Assembly: GCA_963695545.1 (NCBI GenBank)
Contig: OY968796.1
Coordinates: 992,001 to 1,056,000 of the forward strand
Direction: 5' to 3'
From: Terriglobia bacterium
GTDB taxonomy: Bacteria > Acidobacteriota > Terriglobia > Acidiferrales > UBA7541
DNA: 64,000 nt
In this document: positions 30,309 to 40,400 of the stretch, one piece after another
How positions within the stretch are numbered: the stretch's first letter is position 1
Layout: each line of letters starts with the position of its first letter
Position numbers and translations under genes: made by a program
Notes under the pieces: model-generated
Database searches by the model: none
Told to the model about the DNA's origin: nothing
What the model saw: the letters and a program-made list of their open reading frames with translations, nothing else

Positions 30309-31055
30309 GTGGGATTTGTCTCCACATCCGAAGCACTTCGCCGGGAAGTCGCGCGCCGCATCGAGGCCGGCGAACTGACCGGCACCGAGCTTGCGCGCCG
30401 CGCCGGCTTCACGCAGGCGCACATCTCGAATTTTCTGAATCGCAAGCGCGGCCTGAAGCCCGCGGCCATGGACCGCGTTCTGAAAGCCATGGGCGTGACC
30501 ATCTACGATTTACTGGACCCGACCGAAGTGGCGCGCCGCGCCGCTGCGCGCGAAATCGCCGAACCCATCGGGGAGATCGATGCCGCGGCGATCGAAGTTC
30601 AAATTCCGGTGGTCGGCGCGGATGCCGCGGCGACCGCGGTGATACTTGAATCCGACGTGCGTGGCCGCGCGAAGTACGCAGGACTTTTTCTCGAGCGGCT
30701 TCGCGAGGATTGTCCGCCCGCGCGCCGAGCCTGGACGCGCTTCATCGCGATCGAAGCGAGCGCAGCCGATGCGGCCGCGATGTGGCCGCGACTCACCGCC
30801 GGCGCTGAGTTGCTGATCGACCGGCACTGGACCGCGCTTGACGCTTACCGCAAGGGACGACGCAATCTTTACGCGGTGCGCAAGCAGGCAGCGATTCTGG
30901 TGCGCTACGTGGAGCGCGCGGGAGACCGCCTGGTATTGCGGCCGCACAATCCGGAATCTGACGCGGAGATATTTCCGCTGCCGGCTTTCGCAGAGGGATG
31001 GACGCCAAAGGATTTTATAGTCGGGCGCGTGGCGCACATCGGCAGCGAAATTTGA
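30309..31055 (+). CDS. XRE HTH + S24 (LexA/CI-like) regulator
   Basis: TGTELARRAGFTQAHISNFLN HTH; AMWPRL...LLID...LRPHNP...IVGRV. Confidence 0.75.
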   Translation: MGFVSTSEALRREVARRIEAGELTGTELARRAGFTQAHISNFLNRKRGLKPAAMDRVLKAMGVTIYDLLDPTEVARRAAAREIAEPIGEIDAAAIEVQIPVVGADAAATAVILESDVRGRAKYAGLFLERLREDCPPARRAWTRFIAIEASAADAAAMWPRLTAGAELLIDRHWTALDAYRKGRRNLYAVRKQAAILVRYVERAGDRLVLRPHNPESDAEIFPLPAFAEGWTPKDFIVGRVAHIGSEI

Positions 31056-31155
31056 GGACAACTTCGTCTTGAATGCCGACCAGCGCCGCGCGTGCCCGGC
31101 TCGCGCACGCCGCAACAAAAACGACGCGCGCCCTGCCGAGCGGCGCACAAAACAA

Positions 31156-31182
31156 AGAGAGCCCGGGATACCCGGGCTCTCT
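31156..31182 (-). terminator. Intrinsic terminator
   Basis: 12-bp perfect stem AGAGAGCCCGGG/CCCGGGCTCTCT followed by TTGTTTT on the minus strand. Confidence 0.75.
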
Positions 31183-31216
31183 CGTACAACATTCCCTCAG
31201 AAACTTGTGAGCGCGG

Positions 31217-31540
31217 CTAGCGCCGCTTGCGCCGTTTGGCCGCGCGCTTCTTCGGCTTCGCGGCGCGCTTGGCTTTCTTTTTCGGGCGTGGCTTGGCGCG
31301 GCGCTTCGGCTTTGCGGCTTTCTTGCGTTTCGGTTTCCGCGCGGACTTTTTCTTCTTGCGCGCGGGGGCGGCCGGGGCCGAAGGCGGCGGCACCGCCGAA
31401 ATGCCCGGACTTTCCTCGATGATCAGCTCGTCTTCGGTTTCTTCTTCAAGGACGTCGTCGCGATCGCCGGCGACTTCCTCTTCCTCTTCGATCTGCGAGA
31501 ACTCGTTTTCCTCACCGTTGCCGTTTCGTTCGTAAGCCAT
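31217..31540 (-). CDS. Small bipolar acidic/basic histone H1-like protein
   Basis: GGAGG RBS; Glu-rich N-half and Lys/Arg/Ala/Pro C-half; TTGACA-18-TATACC upstream (31633-31604). Confidence 0.75.
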   Translation of the reverse strand: MAYERNGNGEENEFSQIEEEEEVAGDRDDVLEEETEDELIIEESPGISAVPPPSAPAAPARKKKKSARKPKRKKAAKPKRRAKPRPKKKAKRAAKPKKRAAKRRKRR

Positions 31541-31741
31541 AGGCGTCCTCCAGCCGAAGTGTGGTCGAGAAAGTGGCGCGCGCGAACCCGAAAGTCTGAC
31601 GCCGGTATAAACGTACGGTCATGGATTTGTCAAGACTCGGAACGCTGTTTGCTGATTCGCGAATCGCTCGGAGGACGTCGTCGAGCGCACGAAGCGGCGC
31701 TAACATACTGATTTATATAGAGATAACTACGCGCGGGCCCG

Positions 31742-33706
31742 CTATTGAGCGCGCAGGATGGTCAGCTCGTCGCCGGCCTCAAGCGGCCGGCTGAAGAGGA
31801 AGCGGTTGGCGCCGCGCAGGGCTTCCACGGTCGTGCGATAGGCGCGCGCGATAGACCATAGCGTTTCGCCGGGCTTCACTTGATAGACGATCGGCGCGGT
31901 CGAGCCGGCGGCCCCGTCGCCTGCGCGATTCATCGCCGCAGCGACCGTCGCCGCCGTGGCCGGCTTGCTGGCCGACGCGGGAGGCGGCGTCATGCCGCCG
32001 GGATACACGCTCAAGCGCATTCCGCGCGTTACGCGATCGCTGCGCAAGTGATTCCAATGGCGAAGCTCGAGAGTGGTTACGTCGAATTCATCGGCGACCG
32101 AGGCCAGGGTGTCGTCGCGCCGCACTCGATAACTCACGCGGCGGCCCATGGCCGGCTGCGCGCTGGCTTCGACAGGAATGATCAACTTTGCGCCCACCGC
32201 CAGCGTCTCGTCGGCATCGATTCCATTCGCGGCGGCGATGGCGGCGGGACTGACGCGATATTGTTTCGCGATGCTCGAGAGCGTTTCATCCGCTTCGACG
32301 CGATGATCGCGCCAGCTCACCCACTTATCCGGCGGAATCGCGGCGATCTCGGCGTAAAACCGCTCGGCGGTTCCCTCCGGTAGATGCAGCACGAAATTCG
32401 GATCGCTCGGCGTGATCAAACGCAGTAACTGCGGATTGAGCGTGCGCAGCGTATCGAGATCGACGTCGATGGTTTCGGCCACCAGGCGCAGGTCGATGGG
32501 ATGGCCGGGCTTCACGCTATCGGGTTCGATGGCCGGCTCGGGATCCACTTCGATGCCGTAGCGCGCCGGATCTTTCGAGATCAGCGCGAGCGCCAGGATG
32601 ATGGGCACGTAGTTGCGCGTTTCCTTGGGCAAAACGTTGCGCCGGTACAGTTCCCAGAAATCGGCGTAGCCGGTGCGCTGGATGGCGCGCTCGACATTTG
32701 CGGGGCCGCAATCGTAGGCGGCCATGGCCAGATACCAATCGCCGAATTCGTTATACAAGCCGCGCAGATCTTCCGCGGCGGCGCGCGTAGCTTTTTCCGG
32801 GTCCTGCCGGTCGTCCACCCACCAACTTTTCTGCAGACCGTAGAGCCGGCCGCTGGAGGACATGAATTGCCACAATCCGCGGGCGCCTTCTCTCGAGAGA
32901 GCTTGCGGCTGGAACGCGCTTTCATTTTGCGCGAGGTAAATTAAATCCTGCGGCAAACCCTCTTCGCGCAGCACGCGCGAGATCATGTCGCGATAGCGCC
33001 CGGCGCGGCGCAGTCCCGTGGCCACGATGGCGCGGCCGCGAGGCGTCTGGAAAAAATTGAGGTAGGCCAGAACGTAATCGTTCACGGTCAGCGGAAGATC
33101 GTGCTCCACCGACTCGACCTCGACTTCGGCGTTCCCGCGCAGCGCCGGGTCCGCAGGCAGAGGAGGCGCCTCGGCCAGATCCGGCATTTCGTCGAGCGGC
33201 GCGGGCGCGGTGGCTTGCTCGCTAAAACCGTCGCCGTCGTGGAAGGCCACCATCTCATCGGCGTGCACGGTCTCGACGATGTGCTCGTACAACCGCTGGA
33301 GCTGCGGCTCCTGGTTCAAATCGTAGCCGCTGCCCAGCAGCACTTCGAGCGATTGGTCGAATTCCTGGCGCGCCTGATCCAGGTGGCCGGCCTGGTAATC
33401 GCGCTGCCCGGCTTCAAACGCGGCGTTCGCCGCGCGAGCCACAAGAGCATCGCCATTCGGCGCCTCGGTAGAGAGGGCCACTGGCGCGCGGCGGGAATTG
33501 AGCGGGAGCTGATCCACCCTCGGCGCAGTGGCTACGTTGATGCTCGGCGGACGAACCGTGACCGCGGTGCGCGCCGTGTCTGCACAGCCCGCAGCCGCGA
33601 GAGAACAAACGAGGGCCGCGGCCAAGGTTCGGAGTTTGGAAGTTTTCGTCAACGTTTTGACCAAAACGCTCTGACTAACGACTCCAAAAACGATTTTACG
33701 CGTCAC
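31742..33706 (-). CDS. MltD-like lytic transglycosylase with LysM repeats (lipoprotein)
   Basis: Lipobox-like AAGC, QNESAF, GLWQFM, AAYD, ETRNYV, three LysM repeats; start uncertain. Confidence 0.9.
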   Translation of the reverse strand: MTRKIVFGVVSQSVLVKTLTKTSKLRTLAAALVCSLAAAGCADTARTAVTVRPPSINVATAPRVDQLPLNSRRAPVALSTEAPNGDALVARAANAAFEAGQRDYQAGHLDQARQEFDQSLEVLLGSGYDLNQEPQLQRLYEHIVETVHADEMVAFHDGDGFSEQATAPAPLDEMPDLAEAPPLPADPALRGNAEVEVESVEHDLPLTVNDYVLAYLNFFQTPRGRAIVATGLRRAGRYRDMISRVLREEGLPQDLIYLAQNESAFQPQALSREGARGLWQFMSSSGRLYGLQKSWWVDDRQDPEKATRAAAEDLRGLYNEFGDWYLAMAAYDCGPANVERAIQRTGYADFWELYRRNVLPKETRNYVPIILALALISKDPARYGIEVDPEPAIEPDSVKPGHPIDLRLVAETIDVDLDTLRTLNPQLLRLITPSDPNFVLHLPEGTAERFYAEIAAIPPDKWVSWRDHRVEADETLSSIAKQYRVSPAAIAAANGIDADETLAVGAKLIIPVEASAQPAMGRRVSYRVRRDDTLASVADEFDVTTLELRHWNHLRSDRVTRGMRLSVYPGGMTPPPASASKPATAATVAAAMNRAGDGAAGSTAPIVYQVKPGETLWSIARAYRTTVEALRGANRFLFSRPLEAGDELTILRAQ

Positions 33707-33935
33707 CCGTGGCGAGATTTTTCTGTCGTGCGATTGCGATTGGCGGCCCGGCGGCGATTCTCTTCCATGATAATTAGACGGCGCCGCACGGCAAAAGGGT
33801 CGCCTGAGGCATGCTACCGGCCCGCCCGCAATGGGTCAATCCAAAACGGTGGGGATGTTAACTCACTTTGTACACAACGTACTAGCGACGCGGAGGTGTG
33901 CTACGGCGGCTCGCCGGTAGATGAGCGCGCTCCGG

Positions 33936-35144
33936 CTAAGCCAGGGCTTGCTTGAGGTCGGCGATCAGGTCAGCCGCATCTTCCAGGCCCACCGATACAC
34001 GCACCGTGCCGGGCGCCACGCCGGCCGCGGCCAATTCCTGCGCACTCATTCTGTAATGCGAGGTGTATTGCGGCAAAACGATCAGCGATTCGACGCCGCC
34101 GAGGCTCGCCGCCAGAAGGAAAATCCGCGCGCGATCGCAGAAGCGCCGCGCCGCTTTCAATCCTCCCTTAAGGTCGAACGCAAGCATCCCGCCGAAGCCC
34201 GACATTTGCCGCCGCGCGAGTTCGTGACTCGCGTGCGACGCGAGCCCAGGATAGTGCACGCGCGCGACCTTGGGATGCCGTTCGAGAAATCGCGCCACGG
34301 CCATCGCCGTCGCGCACTGCCGGCGAACGCGCAGTTCGAGCGTCTTGAGGCCGCGGATCAGTAGATACGCCGCGCCCGGGTCCATCGAGCCGCCCAGATA
34401 GATCACGCGCTCGCGCACCCGCGCGATCCACTTGTGCGAGCCGACCACCGCTCCGGCGATCAAGTCCGAATGGCCGCCGAGATATTTCGTCGCGCTGTGC
34501 ACCACGAGGTCGAATCCCATCGCAATCGGTTTTTGCAGCACGGGCGAGGCGAAAGTGTTGTCCACCAGCGTCACAATGTCGTGGCGCTCTCCTACGGACG
34601 CGGCTTTGCGCAAATCCACGAGGCCCAGCGTCGGATTCGTCGGCGTCTCAATATACAGCGCGCGCGTGCGCTCGCTCACCAGGCGGTCCACGCCGTCGAG
34701 ACTCGGTTCGACGAAGCGCACGGCGATACCCAAGCTGGGCAGCAGGTCGCGCAACAAACGATACGCGCCGCCGTAGAGTTGCCGCGTGGCGATCAATTCG
34801 TCGCCGGATTGCAACACGGCGAAAAGCGCGCTCGAAATCGCCGCCATGCCCGAGGCCGTTACGATCGCCGCCTCGGCGCCTTCAAGCGCCGCCAGTTTTT
34901 CTTCGGCGATCGCCAGCGTCGGATTGCCGTAACGCGTGTAGATGTAAGCCTTCGATTTCCCTTCCGCCCAGCGCTTCATCTCCGCCGTGTCGGCGAAGAC
35001 GAAGTTCGAGGTGCGCTCGATCGCCGGCGCGACAGGGCCATTGCGTCCTGGCTTCGCGTCGCCGACGTGAATCGCGAGGGTCGCGTCGCCCCAGCTAGGA
35101 GTTTTTGCGGGGCGTTGCCGGGATTTTGGTTTGGTCTTGGCCAT
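33936..35144 (-). CDS. Cys/Met metabolism PLP enzyme (cystathionine gamma-synthase/methionine gamma-lyase family)
   Basis: [41 protein letters not shown]. Confidence 0.9.
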   Translation of the reverse strand: MAKTKPKSRQRPAKTPSWGDATLAIHVGDAKPGRNGPVAPAIERTSNFVFADTAEMKRWAEGKSKAYIYTRYGNPTLAIAEEKLAALEGAEAAIVTASGMAAISSALFAVLQSGDELIATRQLYGGAYRLLRDLLPSLGIAVRFVEPSLDGVDRLVSERTRALYIETPTNPTLGLVDLRKAASVGERHDIVTLVDNTFASPVLQKPIAMGFDLVVHSATKYLGGHSDLIAGAVVGSHKWIARVRERVIYLGGSMDPGAAYLLIRGLKTLELRVRRQCATAMAVARFLERHPKVARVHYPGLASHASHELARRQMSGFGGMLAFDLKGGLKAARRFCDRARIFLLAASLGGVESLIVLPQYTSHYRMSAQELAAAGVAPGTVRVSVGLEDAADLIADLKQALA

Positions 35145-35269
35145 AGTCTCTCCGCGCAGAGCGCGTTGCCTCAGGTTGATTCTGCGCAATTACCGTCCGG
35201 GCGCAAGAGCCAATTTGAGCGGCAACGCGAACTGCATTAAACTCCCCACGCGCAGTTCGTTCCAAGTCT

Positions 35270-35905
35270 ATGGCCGGTCAAACCTTACGCGAACCTCGCT
35301 GGCCCGCCTTCGGCGCGATGTTGGCCGCCGCCTGCCTGTATTTGGCGTTGCCGGAATCCCTCTCGGTCGGGCCGAGCTGGTTGTTGCTCGCAATCGTTTT
35401 CGTGTTGCTGATCCCGACAGAAGTGTCCTACCGTCGCGGCCGCTACGACGTCACCCGCATACTCACGTTTGTCGCGAGCGGCGCGATCACCGCCGCCATG
35501 ATCGCTTCGCTGGTCATCTTGATCGCGGATTTGCCGGCGCATCGCGAGTCGCCGAAAAAGCTGTTGGTTTCGGCGGTCGCACTGTGGATCACAAACGTTC
35601 TGGTGTTCGCGCTGTGGTATTGGAAGCTCGACGCCGGCGGGCCGCTCGAGCGCGACAAATCCCGCGGCCGGCACCTGGGCAGTTCGTTTCTGTTTCCGCA
35701 AATGCTCAATTTGGACGATGCGAACCCGCCCTGGTCGCCCAATTTTATGGACTACCTATTTCTGGCCTTCAACACCAGCACGGCGTTCTCTCCCACTGAC
35801 ACGGCAGTGCTGACGCACTGGGCGAAATTCGGCACCATGCTCCAATCCCTGATTTCTCTTACCATCGTGGTGCTGCTCGCCGCCCGCGCCGTCAATATTC
35901 TCTAG
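35270..35905 (+). CDS. DUF1345-like membrane protein
   Basis: EPRWP, FALWYWKLDAGGP, FLFPQM, DYLFLAFNTSTAFSPTD. Confidence 0.75.
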   Translation: MAGQTLREPRWPAFGAMLAAACLYLALPESLSVGPSWLLLAIVFVLLIPTEVSYRRGRYDVTRILTFVASGAITAAMIASLVILIADLPAHRESPKKLLVSAVALWITNVLVFALWYWKLDAGGPLERDKSRGRHLGSSFLFPQMLNLDDANPPWSPNFMDYLFLAFNTSTAFSPTDTAVLTHWAKFGTMLQSLISLTIVVLLAARAVNIL

Positions 35906-36028
35906 CTTCACCTCGCGCCGATCGCCAGCCTCACGACCGATTTTTTGGATTCGAGCTTCATAGAGTCGCTTCGCGAGATCATCCCGCTCCACGGTGACAA
36001 CGTTGGGTCGTTTTGTTAGAGTCGGCCG

Positions 36029-37414
36029 ATGATTTCGACGGAAACCTATTTTTGGGACGACCTTTTGCCGCTTATCGAAGATGGCCAGGTCGTGCCGATT
36101 GTGGGCCGTGACCTCCTCGAAATGGCTCCCCAGCAGTTCTTTCACCGCATGGTGGCGGAACAACTGGCTGCGGAGCTGAAGATTCCGAGCGATCGCCTCC
36201 CGCCGAACTTCGAGACCAATGACGTGGTCTGCGCCTTCGCCGATTTTCACGGCGATTCGCTGGCCGTCAGACCGCAACTGATTTTGCGCATTCTCAGCAA
36301 GCTGAAACCTCCTGATCCGTCGGCGCTGCCCGAGGCGCTCCGGCTGCTCGCGGAAATTCCCGAGTTCCATTTGTTCATCAGCACCACGTTCGACACGCTT
36401 CTTGAAGAAGCCATCGAGTCCGTGCGCAAACGCAAGCCCGCGGTCGTCTCCTTTCCTCCTTCGTCGAGCAACATCGATTTTGACGAGGCGCTCCTCGATC
36501 AATCGGGCAGCATGGTCTTTCAGGTTCTTGGCCGCGCTTCGGTTTCATCGACGTTCGCGATGACCGAAGGACAGATGCTCGAGCAGATGCACGATTTCAT
36601 GGCCGGCGAGGGACGTCCGAAGAAATTGATCGCCAAGCTGCAGCAAAGCCATTTGCTGATTCTTGGCGTGGACTTCCCCGATTGGCTGGCGCGCTTTCTC
36701 TTGCGGCTGACCCGCTCGAAGCCCTTGTGGGATTCCCGCAACTTCATGGAATTCATTGCCGACGCCCGCTGCATGCAGCCGGGCTTCGCGCAATTTCTCG
36801 AGCGCTTCAGCCCGCTCCGCTCCCATCTTTACACCGACGGAACTCCCACGGATTTTGTGCGCGAATTGCACCGCCGCCGGTTTGAGCGGCATCCCGCAAC
36901 GGAAGCGCCGGTGGTGAATACGACCATCGATCCCGAGAAGCCGTCGGTGATGGCGCCCGGATCGATTTTCGTCAGTTATGCCAGCGAAGATAGAAAAGCC
37001 GCTTTCCAGCTGGCCGACGAGCTTAGCCAGGCGGGTTTGGAAGTGTGGATCGATCGCCGTCTGCGGCCCGGCGACAATTTCCGCGACGTCATCGAGAGCA
37101 ACATTCGCTTGTGCTCGGCGTTTGTAGGCGTGGTCTCGCGCAACACCCAGGACGATTCCGGCGAAGGGCGATGGTTCCGCAAGGAACGCGAGCAGGCCGT
37201 CGGAAGGGCGGGCTTCTGGTACGGCACGGACCGCAGATTTTTGTTTCCGGTTGTGGTGGACAACACGCCGAACAGCGAACTGATGGAATACCGCAAGCAA
37301 ACTTTCGGTGAGCGCAGCGCGGCGAGAGCCGTGGATGGCCGAGTGCCGCCGGAATTGATCCAGGAACTTGACGCCGCACAAAAAGCCTACCGGCGCAATC
37401 CACCCGTCGCATGA
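36029..37414 (+). CDS. SIR2-like + C-terminal TIR domain protein
   Basis: VVPIVG, FISTTFD, LLILGVDFPDW; TIR motifs IFVSYASED, VWID, WFRKE, FLFPVVVD. Confidence 0.8.
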   Translation: MISTETYFWDDLLPLIEDGQVVPIVGRDLLEMAPQQFFHRMVAEQLAAELKIPSDRLPPNFETNDVVCAFADFHGDSLAVRPQLILRILSKLKPPDPSALPEALRLLAEIPEFHLFISTTFDTLLEEAIESVRKRKPAVVSFPPSSSNIDFDEALLDQSGSMVFQVLGRASVSSTFAMTEGQMLEQMHDFMAGEGRPKKLIAKLQQSHLLILGVDFPDWLARFLLRLTRSKPLWDSRNFMEFIADARCMQPGFAQFLERFSPLRSHLYTDGTPTDFVRELHRRRFERHPATEAPVVNTTIDPEKPSVMAPGSIFVSYASEDRKAAFQLADELSQAGLEVWIDRRLRPGDNFRDVIESNIRLCSAFVGVVSRNTQDDSGEGRWFRKEREQAVGRAGFWYGTDRRFLFPVVVDNTPNSELMEYRKQTFGERSAARAVDGRVPPELIQELDAAQKAYRRNPPVA

Positions 37415-40400
37415 GTGCCGCCATGGCACCTTCGTCGGAACTCACGAAACAGAATCCCTGGCCTGGACTGCGCGCGTTCGGAGAGAACGATCGTGATTTC
37501 TTTTTCGGCCGGGAACGCGAGACCGCAGAACTGCTCGGTCTGGTACAGCGCTCGCCTGTGGTCGTGCTCTACGGCCAATCTGGCCTTGGCAAAACGTCGC
37601 TGCTGCAAGCCGGTTTATTTCCAAGACTGAAGGAGCTCAACTATCTGCCGTTCCGCGTGCGCTTCGATCACGGGGACGACGCCCTTCCCCTGGACCGGCA
37701 AATCACGTTGGCGGTCGCCGCGGAACTCGATCGCGCGCAAATTTCGGGGCCGCGGCCGGCCGAGGGCGAAACGCTCTGGGAATATTTTCACCGCACTGAC
37801 CTCGATTTCTGGGGGCCACGCAATCGTCTGCTCACGCCGGTGATCGTGCTCGATCAGTTTGAAGAAGTCTTCACGCTTGGCCATCGCAGCGAAAAATCTA
37901 CCGCCCGGGTGGCCGAATTCCAAAAGGAACTGGAGTCCGTGATCGAGCATCGACCTCCGGACGCCGTGCGCGAACGACTGGAAGCGCACCCGGATGACGC
38001 GCTCCGGTACGACCTGAAGAAGCAGGCGATAAAGTTCGTGATCACCCTGCGCGAGGATTTCCTGCCGGATCTCGATCCCTGGCGGGAGCGCATGCCTTCC
38101 CTGCTGCTGAATCGTTTTCGCCTGGAGCGCATGACCGGCAAGCAGGCGCTCGACGTGATCCTGCGCGGAGGCGGCGAACTTGTAGACCTTGCAGTGGCGC
38201 GCGACATTGTGGATTTCGTTTCCGCCTCGCGGCGCAAACGCTCCGCAAGAACGCTGGAAGAGCGCGAAGTGGAGCCCGCGCTCTTGAGCGTGGTTTGCGA
38301 CGCGCTCAATCTCAGCCGCATCGAGCACGGCAAGGCGCGCATCACGCCCGATCTGCTCACCGAGAAGCGCGAAGAGATCATCCAGGATTTTTACGAGCGC
38401 ACCTTCCAGGGCGTCGATCCGCGCGTGCGTGAGTGGGTCGAAGACCGCTTGCTCACCAGTACCGGCTTCCGCGATCGGGCCGCGCTCGACGACGCCAAAC
38501 GCCTGGGGCTGCCTGAATCCGATTTCGATTTGCTCGTCAATCGCCGCATTCTTCATCGCGAGGAGCGTGAGGGCGTCATCTGGCTGGAACTGACGCATGA
38601 TTTGCTCAGCGATCCAGCAGCGCGCAGCCGCGCGGTGCGCGAGCAGCGAATCCAGGCGGAAGCCGCGAAAGAACGTGAGAAAGCCGCCGCCGAGCGCGAA
38701 GCGCAAGTCCGGAGCAAACTGCGCAGAACTCAACTGGTGGTGGCCGTCTGCGGCGTGCTGCTGGTGATCGCCGCCGTGGCTCTTGACCGCGCGATCGTAG
38801 CCACGCGCAACGCGCGCGCTGCTGAATCCAAAGCGATCACGGCGCAAACGGTTGCCGTGCAAGCGCAAGCCAGCAGCGAAGCCAGTTATGGGTCCGCTCT
38901 TGAAATGACCAACAGAATGGAATCGAGCATCGATGATTCGGGGATTCCCGCAGCGACGGTGATCAAAGATATTGACGACGTGGAACGCACGTACACGCGT
39001 GTTGCGAACCAAGTGACTTCGTCTGATCTGGCGCAGTTTGAATTGCAGCACGCTCAATTCCTCACCAAAGCCGCCGACGCCTATTACCGCATCGGATACT
39101 TGAAACAGGGACTCGCCGAATCGCAGCAAGCACTCGATCTCCTCGAGAAAATCAGCGGATCGGATGTCGCCGGAGATGTGCGCCTCGCGCGCGCAGCGGC
39201 GCTTTACGATCGAGGCCACGGTTTGCAAGTAATCGGCCAGCTCGACGCGGCGCGCGCCAGCTACGAGGACGCCATCAAGTCCGCCATGCCGACACAATCG
39301 CCCGAATCAAGGCAGGCCGCCCTCCGCGTGAACGTGTTGTCGCGAATCGGTCTTGCCGACCTCGACGAACAGATTTGGTCGTACTCCGCGGCGCACACCC
39401 ACCTGCGGGATGCAATCGACATAATTAGAGCGGTGAATACGAATGCATCCGACGCGGACGCGAACGAAGTTCGTTCGTGGAACGCTTTGGCCGAGCAGGG
39501 CCTGGGCATGACTCTGACGCCGGATCCCGAGTCGCGGCAGCATTCGGCCGATGCGGCGGCTCTCATCAGGGGATTGATGGCCAGCGACCCACAAAATCTC
39601 CACTGGAAGCGAATGTTCGCTCACGTCGCGTATGTGCAGGGCATGGCCACCATGAGTCTTGGGCGGCTTGACGAGGCCGAGCCATTACTCGAACAGTCGC
39701 TATCGATCAGCGAAGATCTTTGCAGCCGCGATCCGTTGAATCTCGATTGGCGTTTGGGATTGCTCGAAGGCCACCTGGGGCTGGGTTCGGTCCAGCAAAG
39801 CAGCGGCGAGTGGGATTTATCGCAAGAGGAGTTGACCAAGGCCCAATCCGAAGCGCCGGAATTGACCGACGCGCAGCCCAGCTGGACCCAGGCGATCCTG
39901 GATACCAGCGTCGTCGATCTTGTGCTCGGCAACGTGCTCACTTCCAAATACGGCGACGAATCCGACTCCAAACAAAAAGCTCTCCTGTTGCAGGACGCAT
40001 CCTCCTTGTTCGCGAAGGCGCGCGAATGGTCGGAGAAAGGCATGCGACTCGCACCGGAGAACATGTACTTCGTCGAGTTCGCTACCGGGCCCATCGGACG
40101 CCAGGGATTGGTCCTCGCATACCAGGGCGCGGCGCTGGACACGTCCGTCAAGGGAAATCAAGAAGAGAAGAACCAGAAAGAAACCGAAGCTCTCAAATAT
40201 TACGCCGACGCTCAGGAAAAATTCCGGCCCGTCGAGCGCGTGGCCAAAGACGAACCCAGGACTCTTTCTGACGAAGCGTATCTCCATTTCTGGATGGGCA
40301 ACGCGTTGACGGCGCTTTCCAGGACAAGCGATGCGGTCTCCGCATACCAACAGATGGCTGCTTCGGCCAAGCGCTTGGTCGAACGGAATCCCGTCGGCGA

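Noticed and set aside
30309..31055. Prophage repressor marking a prophage
   Set aside because: No integrase, structural or replication genes nearby
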